This document shows, one piece after another, positions 29,301-37,400 of a stretch of 64,000 nt of DNA (positions are counted from its first letter, which is position 1; each line of letters opens with the position of its first letter). The position numbers and the translations under genes are program-made. The DNA comes from Faecousia sp. (GTDB taxonomy: Bacteria; Bacillota; Clostridia; Oscillospirales; Oscillospiraceae). The stretch is from positions 1,536 to 65,535 of the forward strand of contig JAZQXK010000097.1 of the NCBI GenBank assembly GCA_045632785.1, in the 5' to 3' direction. Below the pieces are notes generated by a model, which was not told where the DNA came from, ran no database searches, and worked only from the letters and a program-made list of their open reading frames with translations.

Positions 29301-31098
29301 CATTGACCGCGACTATACGAGCCAGCGCTATTTCTATGGTCCTTTCGCAGCCAAGAGTTTGATTATGGATGCTACTAATGCGCCTGCTGTTACCTTTACC
29401 TATTCCAACAAGGAGTACACCCTCTTTGGTACCCCTGTTTACACCACAGCCGCAGAGATTGGCGTCTGTAAGAACCCTGACCCCATTGGCAACAGCAGCG
29501 CTGCTTCCAGAATCTTGGATTTCGCCTATGCAGCCGGCACCAATGGTGCTATTACCTTCTATGACTGGTACTTCACCCAGGCCCGTAATAGCGTACCCGT
29601 ATATGAATTCATGGTATTAGCTGACAACGGAAACCTGTACAAGGCAAAGATTACCTTTGATGCTACCGATAGCTTTAGTGGATATTATCTGGGTTTGTCG
29701 TACAGCACTGTGGGCAATGTAGGTATGCAGTTCAAGGATTACGCCGCATTGAGCATGACCACCTACCGTGACAATGAGAAGGGCATCAACGGCCTGATCG
29801 TTTCTGACTCCAGCTATGATAAGGTCTCTCTGTACTTCATTGATATGAATGCAGAAACTTTGGAATGTGCCAAGATCGGTGATCTGGAAGGCGCAATCGA
29901 TCTTGCCGCTATGTACAATGACTTCAACAAGATTACAGTTCTGGCGGATGTTCCCCGTAATGGTCCCGAAAAGCGCCCCGCTGCCGTTTCTCAGCCTGCT
30001 GTTCCTGCTACTGTAAACGGTATGCAGATTATCGCCGCCTCCACGGAACCCATGGAGGAAGAAGAACCCGTCCAGCAGCCCAAAAACCAGGAGAACCTCA
30101 CTGTTGCCGCAGGTGTTGTTGAACTGGAAATCACCGATGCCGAAGCTCTGACCAACGGTATCTTCCAGGTTACTTATGACGAGACCCTGCTGACCTTCGA
30201 GGGTGTTACCACCGGCCTGAGCAACACTGCCATTCGCAACGAAAACGGCACTTTGATCTTCGACTTCGCCGCTCCCTGGGCTGTGGATGCCGAGACTGTG
30301 CTGGCTACCCTGAGGTTTACCTTTGATGCTACCTGCATCGACACAGAAGTTGCTGTTAGTGCTCTCCAGAGAAATCAGGAGAATACTGTAGCAGAAGAAC
30401 CCACCACCTATGCTGTGGTTTACGATGCTGATGGTCATACCTGGGAAGCCAAGGAGAGATTGGACCCCACCTGCTTCGCCGATGGTTATGAGGTTCTGGT
30501 CTGCTCCGTCTGTGGCAATACTGTAACCAATGTTCTGGAAGCCAATAGTGATAACTGTCCCTGCAAGAACTTTGAGGATCTGGACTGCACCAAGTGGTAC
30601 CATGAAGGCCTGGACTTCGTCCTGAACAACGGCCTGATGAATGGCACCTCCGATACCAAGTTCTCTCCCAATGGCACTCTCACCCGCGCACAGGCTGTCA
30701 CAGTCCTGTATCGTGCGGTTGGCGAGCCTGAGACCGACGGTGCCAACCCCTTCACTGATGTGGCTGAGGGCAAGTGGTACACCGACGCAATCATCTGGGC
30801 TGTTGATCAGGGTATCGTGACCGGTATAGATGAAGACACCTTCGCTCCCGACCTTAATATTACCAGAGAGCAGCTGGCAACCATACTGTTCCGCTTCTCC
30901 GGAGAAACTGCTGTAGAAGAAGATGCTCTGGCAGAATTTACCGATGCTGCCGCAGTTAGCGGCTGGGCAGAGGAAGCAATGAATTGGGCTGTTGCTAAGG
31001 GCCTGATTCAGGGCGTGGAAACCGGTGTTCTGGCGCCCAGAGGGACTGCTACCCGTGCCCAGTTTGCAACCATTCTTCAGCGTTATTTTGAAGGTTAA
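23317..31098 (+). CDS. Cell-surface S8 subtilase, 2593 aa: signal peptide, propeptide, S8 + PA, dockerin, 2 Ig-like (Big_2) modules, cohesin-like, 3 SLH
   Basis: Triad VIDTG / HGSHVAG / GTSMAAP. PA insert SRGTLSFAEKA. Paired DxNGDG repeats at 25771-25920. Big_2 repeats near 27810 and 28845. Cohesin-like segment near 30090-30380. Three SLH repeats ending TRAQ, TREQ and TRAQ. Confidence 0.93.
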   Translation: MKQLLSKRIVPLLLVLAMLMGFAVPANAAKPHTGTTSLEFSPTEDDVSMSRLEDPVDVEQLQQDPLYADTDIIRVSIFLEQPSLLEMGYSTIDLSTNDQAMIHRDGLMKEQAKVADRIEIALADKLDVVWNLTLAANLISANVPYGKIEAIANVPGVKAVIPETQYEPAVVQQEEADPTMIAATPMTGADYAWSVGYTGAGSRIAVIDTGLDTDHQSFDESAFLYSLAHQAGLKGEEAESYVAGLDLLDVDEIAAVQDKLNISIDPAQTFLSQKVPFAYNYVDVDYDVTHDNDTQGGHGSHVAGIATANAFIPKDDGTFANALTETHVQGVAPDAQILIMKVFGKNGGAFTSDYMAAIEDAIMLDCDTVNLSLGSANPGLSHSVGYEDFMEAWEACDTAVVMAAGNSGAWADKSSTGVPYLYAEDVNFDTVGSPGSWRYSMSVASANNNSQHVQYIQVGDTMVTYNQSSYSNAPIVTIAGDYEYVYIDGLGSVEEWAAVGDTLAGKVAVCSRGTLSFAEKANNAVAAGAVAVMIYNNQDGTINMDLTDYTYTAPVVSITQAHGAVMKQNAEAVTDDAGNILYYLGKLSIKAEPGITSTESEFVTMSSFSSWGVASDLILKPEVTTPGGSIYSVDGEVDGGKAYVTNSGTSMAAPHATGLTALIAQYIRENDLVAKTGQSPRHLINSLLMSTATPEIEEASGHYWSILKQGAGMANAPGAISAGTYILMGASATEFWADGKVKAELGHDPQRTGQYDFMFTVNNFSDVDKAYTLNADFFTQDILTIGEYDYLDTKTTPIAANVTYMVNEELYRPMGTLECDLNGDGVTDAADAQMILEYCAGNLETLDQKADVSGDGVISTYDAHMILNNMETQAFVVKPGETAYVEVRIELDENVKAWLDENYVNGAYLEGYVFTLPVTNEEGEMGFAHSIPVLGFYGDWNDASYFEKSNYWDKQYGTGKLNYTPEDPEVGAMFVGRKDSTVVRAKEANPYMIEDEVPYDRLAVRSDDQLYMIPLTTVRPSAAIAAVALDENGKVYRLFNVETQGIPAFYYVNSGQWTNTRIYKFLVTHFGSMGASEGEKVNFAFVAIPEMYLKTLAPTTEDIVGTIDSGVLGKGCYQIYSMTIDNTAPELLDVNKSLMNGNLTITAKDEHYIASIQVLSSDGMTVYANVLPEATETGQTTVTTIDLTGCNIGEKCVIALGDYAGNETLYTVNYGGDEASEVGTLYAYTADASRDENSGWYKVDPDTLWYYNAFNQGGMGWQADCDLTIKAAEYVDGKVFVAADDGNFYVTDHGKWDEFSFVCNYSSVVNNIFDMAYNPQDGLFYITQGSASNLYTMNPATGEVAKGPKVEGTKPTGGAPIYRYARSIAIAPDGTFYITNWGSGTAKSYVYSFTLDQLATSYKVNPVGEGNALGVNTAQNPTLAWNETNQTLYLACNLKTEAEESQILYTVDLETGLAVNANTDPYYDIYAGILYVSTPALYTISDTAGMLSTVDVATGITLNYNELTVLKGAEVTLKASVTPWNLSNKALTWASSDNSVVRVGVDGTITALQTGTATITVTTVAEPKLTAQCVVTVNELPDVQLTAQITDSTGTWWADFTTTDPAGYTKLAESDRYIGGAMIDDAYFDDQLLVYNDQYNLMLGVDMDSFKVVADYGYLEDGWYWSDAAPCPTTKEGYFGGVATISHRGRYFMIEHPERSMEDYWVLYDPFLKDPMAMIAYAESSTFEGNPAIWYKVLTEGGNLYDLVYFTADRGTTYNVGLGYIGQTGIQLPSAGAAVGVSYGSMVYDAESGYLVAVVAPDKQESSIYMIDPVTAIATKAGSFGSDVWPVSTLTQYKRAADLEVVLNKTEGTMYIGDSTTLYAKVRPAACSDAEVIWTSSDETIATVSDNGVVTALKEGKVEIAATVTHPEDATKTAKSVCAIEIKPLMALDTMVSAQVETADGVYWMDIDLSDMSTTTVHTADVKYFGGGYSNGFVYGSVGDLENGGWHYATYIDRDYTSQRYFYGPFAAKSLIMDATNAPAVTFTYSNKEYTLFGTPVYTTAAEIGVCKNPDPIGNSSAASRILDFAYAAGTNGAITFYDWYFTQARNSVPVYEFMVLADNGNLYKAKITFDATDSFSGYYLGLSYSTVGNVGMQFKDYAALSMTTYRDNEKGINGLIVSDSSYDKVSLYFIDMNAETLECAKIGDLEGAIDLAAMYNDFNKITVLADVPRNGPEKRPAAVSQPAVPATVNGMQIIAASTEPMEEEEPVQQPKNQENLTVAAGVVELEITDAEALTNGIFQVTYDETLLTFEGVTTGLSNTAIRNENGTLIFDFAAPWAVDAETVLATLRFTFDATCIDTEVAVSALQRNQENTVAEEPTTYAVVYDADGHTWEAKERLDPTCFADGYEVLVCSVCGNTVTNVLEANSDNCPCKNFEDLDCTKWYHEGLDFVLNNGLMNGTSDTKFSPNGTLTRAQAVTVLYRAVGEPETDGANPFTDVAEGKWYTDAIIWAVDQGIVTGIDEDTFAPDLNITREQLATILFRFSGETAVEEDALAEFTDAAAVSGWAEEAMNWAVAKGLIQGVETGVLAPRGTATRAQFATILQRYFEG

Positions 31099-31206
31099 TC
31101 TATTTGCTTTAATTATCCATAGCTGACTTAAACCTTTCCTTTTGCCGGGGGTCTTCGGGCCCCTGGCAGTATCTTCTAAATCGATACCCAAATCAAAGAA
31201 AGGTGG

Positions 31207-32316
31207 GTGGTTGTGATAAAAATTACCACCTGTTACCAGCCCAGTATTCTCCATGAAGCTGTAGAGCTGGTGCATGCTTTTGTGAATGATATTCCTGTGG
31301 AGCAGTTATGTGTCCCAGGACCTTACAGCATTCCTCAAGAGGAGATTCTAAGGATTCGTGATGTTGCTTGCGAAGGATTGGATCGAGAAGGAGAGGAAAT
31401 TCAATTTTTCTTTCACAGTTTCCCCTTTGAGGATGCAAAGGGAGGACGCCTCAGTATCGCCCGGAGTATGGTTTATGCCTGGGCTGAGGAGATCTACTCT
31501 GATGCAGACAGTATGGGAGAATTCCTAGTTGACTACTGGCAAAAAAACCGAGGATCACTTAGAATTAAAGGTGTACATCTGTACGGATTGACAGTAGTTC
31601 CGGATGAGGAAGGGCATTTTCATAACTTGACAAAGGATGTTTTCAAGCTTCCGATTGCTGCTATGCACCAGATGCAGTTGGTGGAAGCAATGTCCCATTA
31701 TGAGTATTATTTGCAAAGGCTTATGACTTTGCTCCGCCCGGTGATTGAAAAGCTTCCTGTTCTTTTGCTTCCATGGGTGCAAAAGGCTGCGCCGCTGCTG
31801 CAGCAATGGGGGCGGTTCTTCTCCGATGAGAAGAACTTCCGTGAGTTTTTTCTCCAGCGTTCCGCTGTGGATTCCGAACTCCCCTGCCAGATGCGCCTGT
31901 ATCTGCGGTGCTTCTGGCCCCATATCAGTTACGCCTTCCCTTCCCACTCCTTCCAGGTTCTGAGCATCCACCTTGCCATGGGACAGGAACCGGGGCTGCA
32001 GGAGCTTAGAGAAGAAAAACTAAACATTGAAACTTCGGACTGTCAGATTTTACGTCAGTTAGCCAGTCCGGACAGAATGTCTATGTTGGTTGCCATGATG
32101 GATAATCCTATGGCTGCCATGGAGGTGGCCAGAAAACTGGATCTGCACCCCAGTTCTGTTTTCAGAGATATTAGTAGTATGGGGAATTCGCACCTTCTGA
32201 TCCAAGAAATCAAAGGCGGAAAGAGTACCTATCGTACCAACTACGCACTGCTGCAAAAACTCTTTGATAAGATTTTGTCTATGCTGGAGTATGCTAAGGA
32301 ATCTTCTAATAAGTAG
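31207..32316 (+). CDS. Transcriptional regulator with a C-terminal ArsR-type winged HTH
   Basis: C-terminus ILRQLASPDRMSMLV..AMEVARKLDLHPSSVFRDISSM..GKSTY. The ~290-aa N-terminal domain is unassigned. Confidence 0.75.
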   Translation: MVVIKITTCYQPSILHEAVELVHAFVNDIPVEQLCVPGPYSIPQEEILRIRDVACEGLDREGEEIQFFFHSFPFEDAKGGRLSIARSMVYAWAEEIYSDADSMGEFLVDYWQKNRGSLRIKGVHLYGLTVVPDEEGHFHNLTKDVFKLPIAAMHQMQLVEAMSHYEYYLQRLMTLLRPVIEKLPVLLLPWVQKAAPLLQQWGRFFSDEKNFREFFLQRSAVDSELPCQMRLYLRCFWPHISYAFPSHSFQVLSIHLAMGQEPGLQELREEKLNIETSDCQILRQLASPDRMSMLVAMMDNPMAAMEVARKLDLHPSSVFRDISSMGNSHLLIQEIKGGKSTYRTNYALLQKLFDKILSMLEYAKESSNK

Positions 32317-32356
32317 GTTTTTCCCAGCTTGCGCAAAACAAAGTGATCCCTAAAGC

Positions 32357-32404
32357 AAGAACCCCGACCATTTTCCTTCAACGAGGAGAACGGCCGGGGT
32401 CTTT
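32357..32404. terminator. Bidirectional hairpin, related to the one at 22121
   Basis: AAGAACCCCGACC..GGCCGGGGTCTTT between convergent genes. Confidence 0.7.
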
Positions 32405-32474
32405 ACTCATAATATGTGCTTAAAGAAGGCGTGCGGATCGGAAATGAACATCTACGCATCTTCCATATTCAATG

Positions 32475-33254
32475 TTACTCAAAAGCAAAAGCGAAATAAG
32501 CAGGTGCATCACCCTCCCATCCCTTCAAAGGATGAAATAACGCAAAAGGCTTTCCGTCTGCACTCGGGATGCGAAACTTCCCTTTACCTATGTTCAGTGC
32601 ATTTAAGATCCCGGGAATCTTTATCTCCGGATTTTGGCACAAAAGCTCTAACCCAAGAATGGTTCCGTCCTCCTTCCGCACAGCGGCCAGAAGCAGGTTT
32701 TCTCCGGCATACAGCGCCGCACTCCGAGCCAAAAATTCCAGATTGACCCCTTCCTGCGCCACCCCACCGTGGGGCAACAGCTTTCTGCGCAGCTCTTCAT
32801 ACTTCTCAGGGTTGACCTTCTGCAAGGAAACAGTTTTTCCGCAGGCAGTACCTCCAATGGTTTTCTGCATAGCACAGGGGGTATATCCACGCTTTTCATA
32901 GAAACGCACCAAGTCTACCGATCCGGGAACAAGAATAATACCGGCAACACCAAAGCCCTCTAAATGGACATTGAGATTCTCCATAAGCGCAGTCGCCAAG
33001 CCCTTACCTTGAAAAGCTTTCTTTGTAGCTACTGCATAGACATAGGCCAAATCCTGCCCACAACAGGAACAAGGAAACCAGTACAGAACCGCTGCAATCT
33101 CTTCTTTTACTGTTGCCAGCCTGCATCTTTCGGGAGAAAAGGCCACGGAATAGAAGGTGTCCAAATAGGCATCCGTATCTTCAAAAGCTTCTTTCCAAAT
33201 TTGCCTAAGCTCCATCACATCTTCCATCTTTCCGCAGCGGAACTTAAGGCACAT
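32475..33254 (-). CDS. GNAT-family (Eis-like N-terminal domain) acetyltransferase
   Basis: YVYAVATKKAFQGKGLATALM acetyl-CoA motif and LVRFYEKRGY. Confidence 0.85.
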   Translation of the reverse strand: MCLKFRCGKMEDVMELRQIWKEAFEDTDAYLDTFYSVAFSPERCRLATVKEEIAAVLYWFPCSCCGQDLAYVYAVATKKAFQGKGLATALMENLNVHLEGFGVAGIILVPGSVDLVRFYEKRGYTPCAMQKTIGGTACGKTVSLQKVNPEKYEELRRKLLPHGGVAQEGVNLEFLARSAALYAGENLLLAAVRKEDGTILGLELLCQNPEIKIPGILNALNIGKGKFRIPSADGKPFALFHPLKGWEGDAPAYFAFAFE

Positions 33255-34155
33255 AAAGATCCTCCTTCATAAAGCAGCGGTACTGCTCCACCATCTTATC
33301 TGGGTGGTATGACAGTTTCGCCTTCCGCAATCCGGGCAACCCCATATCGTCCTCCCTGTTCAGGTATTCCAAATTGGGGTACTTCTCCCAAAGATAGCGA
33401 GCGAAGGTGCGGTTGATCATAGCATAATCACCCTGAAGTTCACCAAGCGCCTTTTCAAAATGAATATCGAAAGTATTATCCGAGAGCGGGGATCCCATAG
33501 TCAGAGCAATAGCCTTATCACCTACAAAAAGGATTAAACCTTCCAAACCCAGCTTGTCATAATCCCGCAGAGCCCGTTCAACAGCACGCCGTTCCAAATG
33601 GTAGTCCATTTTAGGATCCAATTCCAAATGACGGGTATACCATTTATCCAGCAGTTCCCGACATAAAGGGATATTGTCCGCAGAAATCTCTTCAACACGC
33701 CAATCGGGGGCAGCTTCAAGAAAACGATTGATATGGTTGCGTTTCTGCTGGTATGCCTTACCTTTCAGCTCTGCCAGGTGCCCTATCTCATAGACGTAGT
33801 CGGAGCCATCTCTGTCCGGCACAAATTGGAATCGCCCGGGGAAGGCCATTTCCACCTTCTCGCAATCCTCCTTAATAAGAGCATTGATGCGGAAGGGTAT
33901 TCCACGCTCTCTGGCATCGGCTTCCATTTCCTTCAAAACACGGGTAGTATCCTCCTGCCCTGCTGGGAACAGATAAACACTATGTCCCATGTAATGAGAA
34001 AACACTACAAAATGCTCCCCAACCCAAGCCCCAAGTTGTTTGCCCCACAAATAGAGGTTGACAAAGGAGTACTCACAGCCCTCTCTGCTGCTCCTTGTAA
34101 AGCAGTCATAGATCCGCTGTCTATCTTGCAAAGAGAGTCTCTGAAAATCTATCAT
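33244..34155 (-). CDS. DUF2156 / LPG-synthase C-terminal-like standalone protein
   Basis: CEYSFVNLYLW, DYVYEIGHLAEL.G..KRNHINRF, HFEKA and NREDDMGLPGLRKAKLSYHP motifs. Confidence 0.88.
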   Translation of the reverse strand: MIDFQRLSLQDRQRIYDCFTRSSREGCEYSFVNLYLWGKQLGAWVGEHFVVFSHYMGHSVYLFPAGQEDTTRVLKEMEADARERGIPFRINALIKEDCEKVEMAFPGRFQFVPDRDGSDYVYEIGHLAELKGKAYQQKRNHINRFLEAAPDWRVEEISADNIPLCRELLDKWYTRHLELDPKMDYHLERRAVERALRDYDKLGLEGLILFVGDKAIALTMGSPLSDNTFDIHFEKALGELQGDYAMINRTFARYLWEKYPNLEYLNREDDMGLPGLRKAKLSYHPDKMVEQYRCFMKEDLYVP

Positions 34156-34262
34156 ATTGATACCTCAACTGATTTTTTCTTGATTATAACCTATTTAAGT
34201 CGAAATTACAAGGAGCTTATTATATCATGTAAAATGCGGGCGTACACACGCCCGCAGAATTC

Positions 34263-35480
34263 TTAATAACTATTTTGCAGCACCTCTAAACCGGCAGACT
34301 GTTCTTTGAGCTTACTTGCTGCATACAGAAGCTTCGCAGTGTCCAGTCGTGTCAGCGGCGCAGAAGGCTCATCCATAGTGATACCAACACCAGACATAGC
34401 CATAACAGCCTGCTCGGCCCAAACGGGGGCGTCTGTTCCCGCAGAATCAACTGTGGGCAGATCCAGGAGCTGATCCAAAATCATTGCAGCCTCCGCTCCG
34501 GTAATGGCATCATTGGGGCGGAAAACAGTCCTGCCATCTTCTTCACTTCCCTGAACGATTCCAATGCGCATAGCTGTTGCCAAATAAGGTCTAATCCAGA
34601 CTGCAGCATCGGCTTCATCAGAGAATCCGGAGGTAGTGACAACTTCATCAACAGGAACCTCCAGAAGCTTCATGGTCATAGCAAGAAAATCTCCCCGGCT
34701 AACCTGATCTTCAGGGCCGAAGCAGTTCTCACCAGCAACCTGAGATCCTGTATAAAGTCCTGTATTTGCCATCCACATTGCCTCAAACTGCCCTGTTTGA
34801 ACATCCCGATATAAGTTGGCCTGTAAAGGCTTCAAAATCTCAATTTTAACCGTGTGCTCCTGGGATACCGCACCATGCACATCCGTGGCGGTAAAGGTAA
34901 AGCTATCCTTGCCCACCTTGTTTTTCTTGGGGGTGTAGGTGAAAGTGCCGTCCTCATGGAGTACCACATTACCACGTCTAGGTTCAGATACCAGGTTAAA
35001 AGTCATGGACTCCCCTTCCGGATCTTTGGCATTCAATGTCCCTTTGTTCTCTAAATTTTTGTAGGTTTCAAAGGTGCTATCTGCTACCACAGGGGCTTGG
35101 TTCTCTCGTTTCATAATGGATACAGTCACAACCGCTTCCTGTTCCACATGATTCCCATAAATGGGCAAATAGCAAATCTGAACATCCTGGTTTGTTTCAG
35201 AATCGGCATAGAAAATCATATTACTAACCTGCTGAGCCGTCAGGAAATCGCCGCTGCGAATGATTCGATCACCCAGTTTTACGGTTCCTTTTGCGCTGTC
35301 AGGCACTTCGGTGATCATAACACCTGTCAGCTCCACCTCTTTTGATGCTACTACTTCAAATTCCTGGGAACTAAAGCAATACTGGGAGCCAGATTCCATC
35401 TCTGCAGCCATTGTGACTGTTCCAAGAAGCAGCATAGTAGCCATGACCAGGGAAACACTGCGCCATTTTTTGTTTTTCAT
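34263..35480 (-). CDS. Secreted Ig/cadherin-like + SLH-domain protein
   Basis: Signal peptide. DPEGESMTFNLVSEPRRGNVVLHEDGTFTYTP..DSFTFTATD repeat. SLH-like SRGDF and TGAEA segments. Start MKNKK at 35480 (AAGGAGG). Confidence 0.82.
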   Translation of the reverse strand: MKNKKWRSVSLVMATMLLLGTVTMAAEMESGSQYCFSSQEFEVVASKEVELTGVMITEVPDSAKGTVKLGDRIIRSGDFLTAQQVSNMIFYADSETNQDVQICYLPIYGNHVEQEAVVTVSIMKRENQAPVVADSTFETYKNLENKGTLNAKDPEGESMTFNLVSEPRRGNVVLHEDGTFTYTPKKNKVGKDSFTFTATDVHGAVSQEHTVKIEILKPLQANLYRDVQTGQFEAMWMANTGLYTGSQVAGENCFGPEDQVSRGDFLAMTMKLLEVPVDEVVTTSGFSDEADAAVWIRPYLATAMRIGIVQGSEEDGRTVFRPNDAITGAEAAMILDQLLDLPTVDSAGTDAPVWAEQAVMAMSGVGITMDEPSAPLTRLDTAKLLYAASKLKEQSAGLEVLQNSY

Positions 35481-35612
35481 GGGAATTACCTCCTTTTGAT
35501 TTCCAGAGGTATTGTTTGCTAAAAAACGCAATACTATACGGCTCAGGGAAAAATTACCGAGAAATAACCGACCCTCCAAAAGGAAGATCGGTTATTTGGG
35601 TCAAAGTATTGT

Positions 35613-37400
35613 TTAGGGATTGGGGTTGGTATCCGGAGGATCATTGGGATTGGGGTCTGGTTCAGGAGGTAGCTCCGTAGATAATTTATCTACCAGGATC
35701 TGCTTATCCCGCTTGGTGTAGAAGGAATAAGCCTCCACCTCCTTAGAGATACGCTTGCCCGTTTCTTTGTCGTACTTGACCTTGTAGGTTTTACCTTCAT
35801 AACCGGTGTAGGGGCTTACGATGGTATCACCAACCTTAAAGTCCTTGTACTTTTCTTTATTCTCTTCGGTGAGAAGAACCTCGATGGTTTCCCAATCGGT
35901 CCGCTCCTTCTCATCCCACTCCATTTTAATATAATAATCCTTGGTTTCAGTGCCGGTAAACTTCAGATTTACCTTGCCGTTGGCAACATTGACATTGATC
36001 TTCACGGGGTAATCTGTATTGTTCCTGAATTTGAAGTCCAAGGAGCCCCAATAAATGGTGGCATCACAGCCCATGGGGACATAGTCGACCTTAAACTTAT
36101 GGCAGGTGCGCTCCACGATCTCATAATCGCAAAGCAGTGCTGCATAATAGATTGTAGATGCTACCTGGCAAATACCGCCGCCAATCTGTTCAACGGAAGA
36201 CATACCGGAATAGACAGTAGCTTCCTTGTAGCCCTTTTCCTCGGTACGCTCACCAGTAATTTTATTAAAGGAGAAGACTTCACCGGGCTTTAGGATATAT
36301 CCATCAATTTCAGCAGATACAAGACGCAAATTGGTTGTACGGTTTGCATTTCTGGTGTGATTTGTGGAAAGTTCAATCAAAACATCCTTAAACAGTTCGC
36401 TCTCAATAGCAGTCTTTGTCTGCTTAGGGGGAACAAGCCAGAAATCCAGGGTAAATACATCGCCTTCACGGTACTGCTCAAGCGCAGCTACCAGTTCTTC
36501 CTTTATGAAAGCGTATCCAACACTCTCCTGAGAGGCAATGTAGGTTTCTGTGTCCAGCACGGAATCCACAGCTTCCGTACAATACTGGGCATAGATCTCA
36601 TCGGGATTCAAAGCATTGGGCTGTACCACAGAGTAGGTGGTAGAGATCTCGGTTAAATCAGCAGCGGAATATGCAGCAAGCACTTGGTCAATGAGAGCCT
36701 GGGTATCCAACTGACGCAATGCAGTACCCATAGTAACAGACAGGGACAGACCGCCCTCAACACCCTCCTGTCTCTCAGGATCAATGCGAATGAGCTGGTC
36801 GTTCTGCTCGCCATCTTCAGGCGGAATATAATCAGGCATGACATAGAGGCTCAGATCGGGCTTCTGGCCCTCCACTTTGACCTGGGGCTGTGTCAGGGGC
36901 GTGTAGATCTCCTGGCCAAGCTTTTCGATGGCCTGCTGAATGTATGCCTTGTCGAAGGTGATATACTGGGTGACATCAATCTCGTGGCTGCTGAGATCAG
37001 CAGCAGACCGAGCCTTAGCGCGCTGGAACATATTGCCTTCACGGCCATAATCAAAGGCAGCCTGGGCAATGGCAGCGGCATCCACCTGAACACCGATCTG
37101 TTCCGGAGTAAATACCAGTTTTCTGTCCTGAAGCTTGATCACAAGATCCTTATTATAGGCATCAGCAACACGCTTCTCTACAGTGGATTCCACTTGCTCC
37201 TGAGTCATGCCGCTGAGATCGGTGCCCATAACATAGACATTGTTGAAAATCAGGCCGTCATCTCTGGAATATGCCCAAAGAAATACACCAGTACCAATAA
37301 TCAAAATCATCAGCATGGCAACCAGAACACCAACAAAGCCGCGCTTCTTCTTTCTGGCTCTGGTTGGTTTTCTTCTTACGGGTTGGGAAGGTTGTGTCAT
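35613..37400 (-). CDS. VanW/YoaR-like membrane-anchored protein (PG-binding, VanW, G5-like)
   Basis: Single N-terminal TM, RTTNLRL, GGGICQVASTIY, DATIYWGSLDFKFRNN and a Pro/Asn-rich tail. The start may extend to 37499. Confidence 0.87.
   Translation of the reverse strand: MTQPSQPVRRKPTRARKKKRGFVGVLVAMLMILIIGTGVFLWAYSRDDGLIFNNVYVMGTDLSGMTQEQVESTVEKRVADAYNKDLVIKLQDRKLVFTPEQIGVQVDAAAIAQAAFDYGREGNMFQRAKARSAADLSSHEIDVTQYITFDKAYIQQAIEKLGQEIYTPLTQPQVKVEGQKPDLSLYVMPDYIPPEDGEQNDQLIRIDPERQEGVEGGLSLSVTMGTALRQLDTQALIDQVLAAYSAADLTEISTTYSVVQPNALNPDEIYAQYCTEAVDSVLDTETYIASQESVGYAFIKEELVAALEQYREGDVFTLDFWLVPPKQTKTAIESELFKDVLIELSTNHTRNANRTTNLRLVSAEIDGYILKPGEVFSFNKITGERTEEKGYKEATVYSGMSSVEQIGGGICQVASTIYYAALLCDYEIVERTCHKFKVDYVPMGCDATIYWGSLDFKFRNNTDYPVKINVNVANGKVNLKFTGTETKDYYIKMEWDEKERTDWETIEVLLTEENKEKYKDFKVGDTIVSPYTGYEGKTYKVKYDKETGKRISKEVEAYSFYTKRDKQILVDKLSTELPPEPDPNPNDPPDTNPNP

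Noticed and set aside
23635-31275. Long antisense ORFs (455, 222, 716, 552 aa) opposite the protease
   Set aside because: Shadow frames produced by the strongly biased codon usage of the sense gene; no motifs or SD sequences.
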